DNA of 63,614 bases, the filler included, from Aduncisulcus paluster (taxonomy: Eukaryota): NCBI GenBank assembly GCA_024181965.1. It is 11 parts of 11 records of this genome, joined end to end, with 100 filler letters (N's around TTAATTAATTAA, not from the genome) between each part and the next. Parts side by side here need not be neighbours in the genome. Positions count along the whole stretch, not along the records: positions 9,067 to 15,738 come from BQXS01010093.1; positions 15,839 to 22,764 come from BQXS01010094.1; positions 22,865 to 27,421 come from BQXS01010095.1; 8 more parts are not named here. The stretch is one strand, 5' to 3'. Below are positions 12,701-24,203 of this stretch, piece by piece. The position numbers and the translations under genes are program-made. Numbering within the stretch: the stretch's first letter is position 1; every line of letters starts with the position of its first letter. The notes beneath the pieces are model-generated. The model made no database searches, was not told the DNA's origin, and saw only the letters and a program-made list of their open reading frames with translations.

Positions 12701-14586
12701 CTCTTCCTTCCCAAGACCAAGTCTTAGACCAGGATCAAGTCTTAGACCAGGATCAAGTCCTAGACCATGAATCTGAAGAACGACACAGTCATCTTGTTGT
12801 TGTTGGCAGAAGTGAGGAAAGAGGTGAGGAAAGAGCTGAGGAAAAAGGTGAGGAAGATAGTGTTAGTGATGAATGGGGAGGTATTGGAATGGAAGGAGAC
12901 GGAGTGAGTGCAGAAGATTCATGGGGGGCACCTATCATTCAACCAACTCCTCAATCACATCCTCAAGCAACTTCTGTGAATGCCACTGCCACTGGGACTG
13001 CCACTGGGACTGCTACTGCCACTGCTACTGCTACTGGCACTGTTATTTCAATATCAGCAGCATCAGGCCATGACTATGACATGAAAGGTAAGACCAAGAC
13101 ATACCCCTCCATAATGACTTCTGGTAGTGTCAGTGGACGGACTGCAGGCACTGGCATGCATAATGGGGTGGGATATAGTAGAATGGACACCATACCAAGA
13201 TATGCATCCCATGAATCCTCAAGCCAACCTCAACGAAGAAGGTATGATCAACCAAGAAGAAGAGATGATAGAAGAGTAGTGATGGATCAGGATATATCTG
13301 GTCATTCAAGCGATTATGCAGCTGATAATGTTACATGGGATGAGTTCGTTACAACTTCTAGCCGAGAGAACCAATACGCAACTTCGGCCAGTGCCGGTGA
13401 CTGGCGGTCATCTGGCCAACAACAGCAACGTGGCTGGAAAAAGAACATTCCACAGTCATCCTCCTCGATGTCTTCATCCTCCTCGATGTCTTCATCTTCT
13501 CTCCCTCGATCAGGCAAGATTGAAGACTCATCCACTCACCATCACACGCATCACTCTCGTTCTCATTATTCTCACCCTCATCATTCCTCATACAACCGGA
13601 CACCATATTCATTCTCACTCTCGTCTTCACTACCTGCATCTGCATTCGAATCATCCTCACATGCGGCATCAGGGAGTGGCACAGGATCTTCTTCTTCATC
13701 TTCCTCTTCTTCATCTTCTTCTTCATCTTCTTCATCTTCTTCTGGTTCAACAATGGGTGGTGTCACAGGTGGTGGTATCACAGGTGGAGGAACAACCGGT
13801 GGTAGTGGAACCGGTAGTGGAACCGGTGGATATGTACCCAGTGGGTATGGAAGTAGTTCTGGAGGGTATGGAACCACTGGTCCGAGACAATATCATGATC
13901 GTGATTCTAGGCATAGTACACGTAATCCTTCAATGCGTTACAGTGGACATTCCTCATATGATTCTTCATATGATTCTTCATACCACCAACAATATTCTTC
14001 CCATCATCACCAGCATCGTAAACAGTCCTCATACTCGTATCATGGCAGTGGTGGTCATGCAGGTGGATCAAGTGGTAGTCATGCAGGTGGAGGATCAAGT
14101 GGAGGTGGATCATATGGTTCTTATGATCGATATAGTGCCAGTCAAGGTGGTGGACCATATGTTCATTCTGAAAGACCCACGACTACTGTAGATTCATGGG
14201 ATACTACTACTACTTCTACTATTAATCATAGTTATCCATCGACTCCATCACACCATTCATCACATCTTCCATCACACCATCCCTCACACCATTCATCACA
14301 CCATTCATCACACCATCCATCACATGGGGGCGGTGGTATGACCAGTAGTATGGGAAGTAGTATGAGGGAGTCATCAGATGGAATGAATGGAGGTGCTGGA
14401 ATGATGGCATATACACCTGGAGGTACTACTGGAGGTACTCCTGGAGGAAGGTGGAGAGGCGGGTATGACTATAAGGAAGGAAGAGGGAGAGGGAGAGGGA
14501 GAGGGAGAGGGAGAGGAAGAGGAAGAGGGAGATTTACACCACGTCATAATAGTCCGTACCCTCCAAAATACCACAAACAATACTAA
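9782..14586 (+). CDS. U2AF1: U2AF small subunit (U2AF35: CCCH-UHM-CCCH) with very long low-complexity tail; probable true CDS 9782-11611 + 12589-14586 (about 1275 aa)
   Basis: CHFFSRIGVCRHGDSCNKNH, HLDEFFEDIF, NHVDHLAGCVYVKY and CKDYEESVCTRHGGCNMLH match U2AF35. Tail has RD, poly-S, TGNV and (RG)n repeats. 11612-12588 consists of exact copies, and removing it restores one frame. Confidence 0.9.
11612..12588 (+). repeat. Shuffled exact duplicates of 11125-11611 within U2AF35 (probable misassembly)
   Basis: Identical blocks (GGSHVSSHGQPSS, (TGNV)n, RDSGRD) recur out of order and break the frame. Confidence 0.75.
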
Positions 14587-15838
14587 TTTTTGAAGTTTAT
14601 TTCTTAAATATATATATAAATATATCTTAGGTTACGTGATTTGTGAGATTTATGGTTTGTAGATGGTTGTTAACGTGATTTAGAGAATATGAAGCTTGAT
14701 TCGAAGTAATTTGGAAGTAATTTGGAAGTAATTTGGTAGTAATTCGTGAAATTATTATTTCAAAAGGTTCTGCTCCCTTTTTCTGTCCTATCCTTAATTC
14801 CGCGATCCAGTGAAGTGAAGTTACCAGTTCCACCGACTGTGCGTATGAATTACAAAGTAATATTTATGTATTTATATTTATTTATATTTTTATAGTTTAT
14901 GTATATATCCAATATGTTCGAGTTATTGGATATTATTATTGACTGATAGATGATATAGATCGACATCTCTCACTTAACTTTATTGGTTGGAGACATGGAC
15001 AATTGCAAAGGAGAAATATTCCAAGAAGACACGCACAGAAGACACGCACAGAAGAATCGGAGATAAGAGTTGAATATATGCCACAGTGCCCGGTTTGATG
15101 ATATGTTTGACTTGAACAATGAGCAATTTGTGTGCAGATATGTTCCATGATAATCGAATCATTCCAATTCTCATGGAACTCCACGTTGTCACTGTTGATT
15201 ACATTGACAGAGAATGCATCTTCGATTTTCCTTGATGATGCCAATTTGTCGCTGTTCTTTTCTCCTTCAGTATTCTACGATAGGTGCAAACAACGATAGT
15301 TTCTTGGACTCGAATGATGGAGTATATTGTGATTGTGATTGTGATTGTGATTGTGCGATTAATTTATGATTAATTAGTTCCATGTTTTTACTTCATGAAT
15401 GTATGTTTTTATAACAACAATAATAATAATACAGAATAGAGAACAATTCCAAACAACGCTCCAAAGTTCAATAATAATGTCTCATCGTGAAGGAGAGTAT
15501 GCAACTTGTTCAACAATCAACCATCAACCATTAACTTCAAGCTTGAAATGAACTCTTCTCTCAATTGTTCCATTAACTTGATGGCATTAAGAATAAAAAT
15601 AAAATATTACATCAGAATCTTTCCACATCACTCACTGACTCTGATCCCAACCTTCCTCATGCTCAACACCAGCAACACCACATCTCATTCCTTCAATGGT
15701 TCCAACAGAGCCATCCTTTGGTGTGTCCTCTGTGAGTANNNNNNNNNNNNNNNNNNNNNNNNNNNNNNNNNNNNNNNNNNNNTTAATTAATTAANNNNNN
15801 NNNNNNNNNNNNNNNNNNNNNNNNNNNNNNNNNNNNNN

Positions 15839-18800
15839 CGCCCTCTCTCCTTTTCTTTCCCTTCTTTCCCTTCCTCTTCTTTCCCTTCCTTCTGCTCTGA
15901 CTTTTTCCATGGTTCGACAAAGAAATCATTAAGACCAGCGCCCAAAGATCTCACAACACCTACGGGATTCCCTAATAAAGAGGTACTTCCAATGATAGTG
16001 AGAATCTGACGTTTTAAGATATGCATATAATGTTGAGAAAGTCTGGCAACCAATGTCATGGGAGCTAATAATTGGTTAGATATATGGAAACCGGCAAGAG
16101 TGACGATTCCTTCCCGAATTTCAATCATCGAGGATGCAAAGTGAACGATCGACGCAAGCCCAGCAGGTATAACACCGCTCCAAGCCCGTTTGTTGGTGCT
16201 TGTCGAAATATCTAATTGAACTCTTACAACATTCACTGCCAATGTCTTGAATAAAATAGCATCTTCTGCTGCGTTATTATTATTATTGTTGTTTTTGCCA
16301 CTATCGTTGTTTCCATTATCCTCAACAATACTTGTATCTTCGAGGGCAATTCTATTGGATTCACCAGGTAGAAGTCCCTTCCTAAGTTTTGGAATGTAAT
16401 GGGAAGGCAATAGAGCAGGAGCAGTTCCAATATACTCCTTTAACATGGACAATAGACGGAAAATATAGTCAGCAGAAATGCGTAGATGTATGTCAGGGGT
16501 TGATATGATGCATTCTTCCACAACAATGACCTCATCTCTGAAAGCAGTCGAAAGGAGATTGTGCGGATCATCACTTGTGGCGAGAGAGGAAGTACAACTC
16601 TGAGTGTTGGGAGGAGGAGAATTTGAAGGTAAGTGCATGACACAACGAACAGACATACAGTGCTTCTCACCTTCTTTTGGAGTTAATTTGACAGGGACAA
16701 TGTACCGATTAACATAAGTGCATTGGTCATCGATTTGGGCATTTTGAATACCAGCTTCGAGACAAATGGCACCTTTCCCATGTGTGACGTCAAGAGATAT
16801 CTGAGTCATCGAGAAATGAGTCATCTCAAACGTTGAGGTGAACACTGAAAAAGATACTTGAGGAACTGAAAACTTAAGATCACCAGCAAAATTCATAGGA
16901 TAGTCGGATTTATCCATATTTTCATAGGCCTTTCCATCAGCATGTGACAGAGCAGCTCTGATAGAATCAATTGTACAAGCATTTGGATTGCTTGATCCAG
17001 ATATTGTTGATCCAGGACTTGTGCTCACTGTAGAAGCCTGAGAGAGAGTATCAGATGAGAAGGAAGAAGAACCCGTAAAGGAAGAAGAACCCGTGAAGGA
17101 AGAAGAAGAAGTCACATCAGAAACATGATTATCGTCTTTGATATCATCTTTATCTCCCTGTACATGACCCTTTTGACCCTTTTTCTGTTGTTGTTTAGCT
17201 AATTTTCGTTCGAGCCGTTGAGCTTTCCTGTCCTTTTTCTTCTGAAGTCTCTGTTCCTTTTTAAGGGAATTTGAGGACAAAGATGTAGATTTTTGCCGAG
17301 AACGAGGAATAAAATCTTTTTCCTCAACAAAAACCATCCTTTTCCCAGCGATGACAAGACATAGAATAATGGCGAGTTTATGAACTATTTTACCGGTCCC
17401 CTTTTCTTTATAACTAAATTTTACACTTTTTCTGCCATTATTCTTCCCATTCGTAGCATCCATCACATCAATAATCACTGGGGAAGTCATGCCAGATATG
17501 AATATTGCAGCCTTAGGAGAGTCAATTGAAGGATCAGGGAAAGTGAAGAAGCGTTTGGACTGGGGTTTTGTAGTAAACACATTATAAGAGGCGATCTCAT
17601 CAGATAAATGGAAGTTCTTCCCTTCAAGTCGCAGTTTCTTATTATTTGGAACATTTCTAACTGTAATAATGTCTTCTTTAAGCTCTTCAGGCAGTACTTG
17701 CCAGACATACACGTTGTGACTTGAGATATTGACAATACACATAGGCAAATGTGTTGCACTACAGCGTGTAACAGAAACGTTCACTCCTCCATTGTCAGTT
17801 TTTCTTACATTGGCACGCATAAAAGCACGAATAGAGAAAGTGGGTGATGTTATCGGTTCTCCTCCCTTATTCAAAGTTCCAAACCGTTTTTTATCTTCAA
17901 ATTGTCGAACATGAACAGCTGAAGTAGCCCCCAATATTTTATCATCGTCAGAAACAGCAGCAGATTCATGTTGTGGTATAGAATAGCTATCACAACCAAC
18001 GGGAACATTATTCATATCACATATCAAGTAAGTTTCTCCAACAGACTCCAGTGAAAGGGGTCCACTGAATCTCCACGGGGCGTATTTCCTCACATCTGCG
18101 GCCGCTGTTGCTCTTTCTCCAAACCTCATCCACATCACAAGTTCTTCGGATACTTCTTGTCTATGTGATCTATGAGTTGTTTTCACAGGTTGTTCCATGA
18201 AAACAAGGGAAATAACTTCAGTCTTTCCGGGATCAATTTGTTGGATGTCAACATGTTCAAAAATACATGTCCCTTTCTTGCTCCAGCCCACACAGATTGA
18301 CAAAGGTAACGCTGAAGTGTTGGAGCATGTAAAAAGATGATCGATAGAAAAAATAGAGAATAAAGAATCGGGGGAAGCAGAAATACTAATGCTAATTGNN
18401 NNNNNNNNNNNNNNNNNNCAAGTAAGTTTCTCCAACAGACTCCAGTGAAAGGGGTCCACTGAATCTCCACGGGGCGTATTTCCTCACATCTGCGGCCGCT
18501 GTTGCTCTTTCTCCAAACCTCATCCACATCACAAGTTCTTCGGATACTTCTTGTCTATGTGATCTATGAGTTGTTTTCACAGGTTGTTCCATGAAAACAA
18601 GGGAAATAACTTCAGTCTTTCCGGGATCAATTTGTTGGATGTCAACATGTTCAAAAATACATGTCCCTTTCTTTCTCCAGCCCACACAGATTGACAAAGG
18701 TAACGCTGAAGTGTTGGAGCATGTAAAAAGATGATCGATAGAAAAAATAGAGAATAAAGAATCGGGGGAAGCAGAAATACTAATGCTAATTGGTAAATAC

Positions 18801-21800
18801 GGGAATATATTGGCTGAAGATCCACCAGATCTTTGAGATTGACCAATTGAAGGGACAAACGTCTTTGGGAAAGGCAAATATGCAATCCCCTCAGAGCCAA
18901 CATCTCCAACACATCCAATTTCAATCAATTCCATGCCATCATTGCCCAATTCCACGATAACTTTTTGTCTTTCTTTCTTAATTTCCCTTTTTTCCATCCC
19001 TCGTCGATTCAAATCTCTGACAAAATCTCCAACAACACAACACATAACTTGTTCCATATTGTGTTGGAATGGCATCAACTCGGGAACAACACAACCATTT
19101 TGAGCATTAACCCGCATGCCGGTTAATGTACGGTTCAAGACGACAGCAGCCGGGAAAAATTTCAGGTTACACGCGGCCACATCTGTCAAGAAAAGAGTTC
19201 TCACTTGAGCAATGAAAGGAGTAAATCCGGAATCAGCATATGAATCTGTCAAAGATTGGAATTCACGGGGTATTTTCTTAACTTTGGGGTTCTTAATCTT
19301 CCATTCTTTGTATTGTTTTTCAATCTTCAACTTTTCAACATTCTGCATTTTCAAACGTTGGTCTTTCTTCCTCCCTTGCCATTGTTTTCTTGCCTCTTTC
19401 ACTCCGACTTGACCCACAGTGAGTGAAGCGAAATCATGGAAGCTAGACTCCAAATCTGAAGGTTTTGTCACGACCACCATTCCACTTCTATATGAAACCC
19501 CACTGACATCGAAGGACATCGACACTGCAACGGTATATATCTGCGGTGAGATGGAGTACAACGTCATCGAATGGCCTTCTTTGAGGAACACAGACTCGTG
19601 ACTCACTAGACCCACAGTTTCAACATTTGCAGCATCACCTTCTTTCCTAACACCGTAGCAAGCTACAGTCACAGTAATAGGGAAAGGGAATAGATTGGTC
19701 ATTGCAAGAGGAGCATATATATCGATTACAGAGACCTGCTGCCACTCCTGCTGTCCGATAATCAAATTTACATCCACTCCACGGCCAGATGCACCAGTTG
19801 TTGAGACGCTGGTGCGAATATGTTTGGGATCAAACTTAACACTACTACCGATTGACTGTTTTGAACTCCCTTGAACCACCGAGGAAACACCTGAACTCAT
19901 TGTTGATGGAGGGACAGAAGGAGTATTGTTTTGGTTTGATAGTACAGTACGGGCTAAAGTAATAGATTGACGAGACTGCACTGCCACACTTGGGGCATAA
20001 CTTGTTACAAACTCTCGAACAAGTACAGGAGTGAATTTCTGATGCACAAGAGCACTTGACAATGGAGTCACGGATATGTTCGGGGTTGTGAACTTCATTG
20101 GAATAAAACCCAGATTGTTCTTTTCCAACCAAAGCTGAGAAGTGAAAGGGATTGAGCTTGTAGTGGACTTCAAATCATCTGATTTAGAGCCACGACTATC
20201 AGAAGAAACAAGAGAAGAGGCATCTGGGAGAGGAGCTGATGTGTCAATAATTGAGGTCGGGGAGACTTCAGATACAACACCATCTTCATCTTCACATGTG
20301 CTTGTGATATCACTCTTCACAGAGAGATCAGAAGAAGCCACGTGAGATCCCTGAATGCCAATTTCTACAGGCTCTGGTAGTCTAATTCTTTCCTCACGAA
20401 CACATAGAGACAAAGAAGAACCAGTGAAGTTTCTAATGAGATATACACTGCCTATCCTAATTGTGAATGCACTTCCAACAGGGAGAATGGTCAGAATAAT
20501 GGGACATCCGTGTCCAGTCTTTGAATGTCTCAGTGTGAAACTATTGGATGTCTTCACGTTCACAGGAACACCACATATCGGATCATACCCATCAATCTTA
20601 AAGGAGAGGAAGAAGAAAGTGAATGAATGACGATTACGGAAGGGTACACAATGGTAAGGAATACCACCAGAAAGGCTAGGAATGGCTGAAAGAGTCTTCT
20701 TGAGCTTTGTTTGAGCATTCTTCCACTCTTCATGATGGATTTTAGGCAGACCAAGACTGACCTTACTGTCAGCATTGCCAGGAACATGTGCAAATGAAGC
20801 CCAAACACCACTTTCTATTGGTTTTAGATCCTTGGAAGCCACCCTTAATGTTCGTTTTCTTCTCTTCTTATCCCGAGATTGGATAGATTGCCCAGACTGG
20901 GAAGAATCTGTGTCATCAAATGTCACATCACAGGAAGGAAATTCATCAATGTGGAACTTTGAAGTCTGAAATATCTCTCTCGTTAAGACAACATCCATCC
21001 CAAGTCCCGTTTGATTCATAATCTGGAACTTTTTAAACATTCCCTCGTGTTTCTTAGCATTTGATTTTGAAAGCGAGAGTGATGAAATTCGAGTGTGTGA
21101 TGATTTTCCAGTTATTGAAGAAGATGTAGAGGAAACAGAGGATGAGGATGATGAGGGACTTGATACAATTGAAGTTGTTTCAGAGCCACTCGCAGATACT
21201 TCAGAATCTTCATCATCTATCATGGCTTGTGTGTCAACCATTTGCTGTGCGAAACTGGCAATAGTCTTGTTATTGTAAGCTTTCCTCAGCAATTGAGCTT
21301 CCAATGAAGATTGTTTCTGTTCTACGCGCTGAGAAAGAAGATCAGAAGAGAGGGTTGAGAGTAAAGAACTGATTGCATGAATGGATCTCGCCGTTACATT
21401 GATAAATAACTTCGTAGAACTCACATCAATATGCCAACGTCCTTTCTTAATTGGTGAGATCACAAGAGTCGGAGCTGTTTCATCTTCACAAACAGAAGTT
21501 CCCTCTTCTTCACCTCCTTCTCCTTCTTCTTCATCTTCTTCATCTTCTTCTTTCCCATCAATATTAGCACCGATTGTATCATTGTTCGTGGTATTTTCAA
21601 ATGCCTCATCACTATCAGGCATGTATTGAATGAGGAAATTCAGATGAACAGGCTCAAGTATTGTGTCCCAATAGTTGAGAGAAGGAGGAAATATGGAACA
21701 TGAGGTTAAAATAGACGAGAGAATCGTACATTTGTTCTCTGACCCACTCACATTTACATATGGAAGGGATAAAACGAGAGAGAGAAGAGGAAGAACAGTT

Positions 21801-22764
21801 CGTTTGGAATCGTCAACAATGATCAGTTCAAATCGTGGGAATGCGGAAGAAAATGTGATTGGGAAAGGGAATATTCCTTCAATTGCATTATCATTATCCT
21901 CAATTCTCCTAGTATTTTGTTGCTGGACATGAGTCTTTCCATTTCCATGAGACAAGGAGATAAGAGTATTCTCAGCTTTGCTACTGGAGGTGAAATCCAT
22001 TGATGATTCGGGAACATCACTGATCTCTCCAGCCTGCTCTGTGAGTTTTGATACTCTGAGATGTGATAAAGTGGATGAAGAAGTTCCCTTCTTTTCCCCT
22101 CTTTCTTCATAGCTCTCTTCACTCTCACACCGTTCTTCCTCTTTTTTAGATAACATATCTTTTTTATCCACTCCCGACATTAAATCAATCATTTCTGCTT
22201 GCTCTTTCTTTTTCTCTTCAGCAATATCAATTTCTTCCATAATTCCATTCATACAGCTCAAAATGAGGAGAATATCCTTTATGGAAGCCTTAACAAGTCC
22301 TTCAGAAATGCCCAAATTAACAGATAGAATCTCAGTAACACTTATTTCTTCTTTTTTACCCGTTTTGGCATCAACAATGGTATCTTTTCGTTCGCCAGAT
22401 CTCACTTGCCCATCGAAATCTATAGGTTTCAATATAACTGATGTTTGATCTTCGGCTGATGACAAGTATTTCGTCACACCCAATGAGAATGCACGAATAC
22501 TCATTCCGACAGCTATTACACTGTTTACACTGTTCATTAAACCACTTAAGAAACCAACATTGAGAGTACCTAAATTGATGGAGATTATTGGAGAAGTTGG
22601 AGACAAAGGATTGGCAACAAGAGCAAGCATCGGATCGATAAGTTTTACGAACATTCTCATTTGATTGCCTAACCGAGTATTTGACGCCAATCCATTTCCC
22701 TGGAGAATGATTTGATTCTCAATATTGGTCATGAATTGTGTGTATAATGAACCCAGTGTGTCAG
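15839..22764 (-). CDS. VPS13: VPS13 family lipid-transfer protein, central/C-terminal part (truncated at both contig ends; N20 gap with duplicated flank at 18399-18418)
   Basis: YWDTILEP (WEPxxEP-like), VAB-repeat motifs IMNQTG, IRNFTG, MTNLFPFPI and VLNRT, QNAQIDDQ, and QHYMHILKRQILTIIGSTSLLGNPVGVVRSLGAGLNDFFVEP of the VPS13 C-terminal region. Confidence 0.9.
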
Positions 22765-22864
22765 NNNNNNNNNNNNNNNNNNNNNNNNNNNNNNNNNNNN
22801 NNNNNNNNTTAATTAATTAANNNNNNNNNNNNNNNNNNNNNNNNNNNNNNNNNNNNNNNNNNNN

Positions 22865-23574
22865 TCAGCAAGAACAATGGTACATTCTCCACTTTTGTCA
22901 TCAAAACGAACAAGGAAATTGTCAGGTTTCACATCTCGATGGGCAAGATCAGGTTTGGCCATGAATACGTCATCTAGACACTCAATCATTCCAATGCATA
23001 AGGAAGCAACTTGAAGGGGGTTTAATGTCATGGGATTAATGTGAATGGATTGTTCAGAGGTTGACTCAGAGGTTGAATCAGAGGTTGAATCTTCAGAGTC
23101 CTCATTATGCTTAACGGATGAAACTCCCTCACCAGGTGCACACCAACTCTTGGCAAAGTCTTTAACACTACCACCTCGACAGTATTCCATGCAGAATCCA
23201 TAGACTCCTTCATATTTCTCATCGAGAAGATCAAGAATGTACATCGGACGAGGAATACGATTGAAACATCTTGGGTTCATGAACAGTTTTAATTGTGTCT
23301 TAAATTCTTTATGGCATGCTTTAATAACTCCCTTATCTCCCACTCGAAGCATTTTCTTCAAGACATAAACGCCATCAATTCCTTTAATAGCCACAAGAAT
23401 AACTTCTCCAAATCCACCTTCACCCAATCGACACAGAGATTCGAGAGCAGATGCGGAAGTCAATGTCTTGGAATCATATTTTTTACGCTTGTGGCCAGAA
23501 TGTTTTGGTTTCGGCGAGGAGGAAGACCCTCTATGTGAGGAATTTCTCAATGGTTTAGATATGTCCTTTTCCAT
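22865..23574 (-). CDS. Ser/Thr protein kinase of a lineage-expanded family (3'-truncated)
   Basis: LGEGGFGEV, VLKK, MEYCRGGS, HRDVKPDNFL. Confidence 0.9.
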
Positions 23575-24203
23575 TGATAGAATACGATATTATACAACTA
23601 CAATTAAGGTTGATATTGAATAAAAGGGGTCAGTGAAAATATCCCTATAATTAAGAGATAATGGAAACAGTCATTGAGGCAAAAACATTAGACGATATTC
23701 ATGGATATGAATTGAAAAGTAAAAAAACATTACTAATGCAAAACGTACTTGGAATTACAAAAATGACTCCGAATGGTATATCAATTGTAGCCAAACGACG
23801 AAACTTTCAAGAAGTCATTTTGGATACCTATTTATCAGGGAATAACAGTTGGATCTGTGGATAAAATATTTTATCAATTTGAAATATTTTAATATTATTG
23901 CAACAACCATTGTTGAACCCCGTTTTCATAAAAGTCGTTGTTTTCTGCACAACGACATATTTTCATCAATATTTAGGTGTCGATTCTTCTCGAAGGCTGT
24001 ATAATATAAAGGAAATATCCCCATTCTCAAGATCAAAAGGGGTGTGAATAGGTTCTAATATGTGTTTTCTGAAACAGATGATACCTTCTGATCGAATGTG
24101 ACCAATCTTTTATCAAATAGGGTTCAAGCGTGTTATTGGGATTTTATTAAGATTATATATCTTGAGATAAAGATGTAAGCACTGAAAGAAAAACTCTCAA
24201 ACT

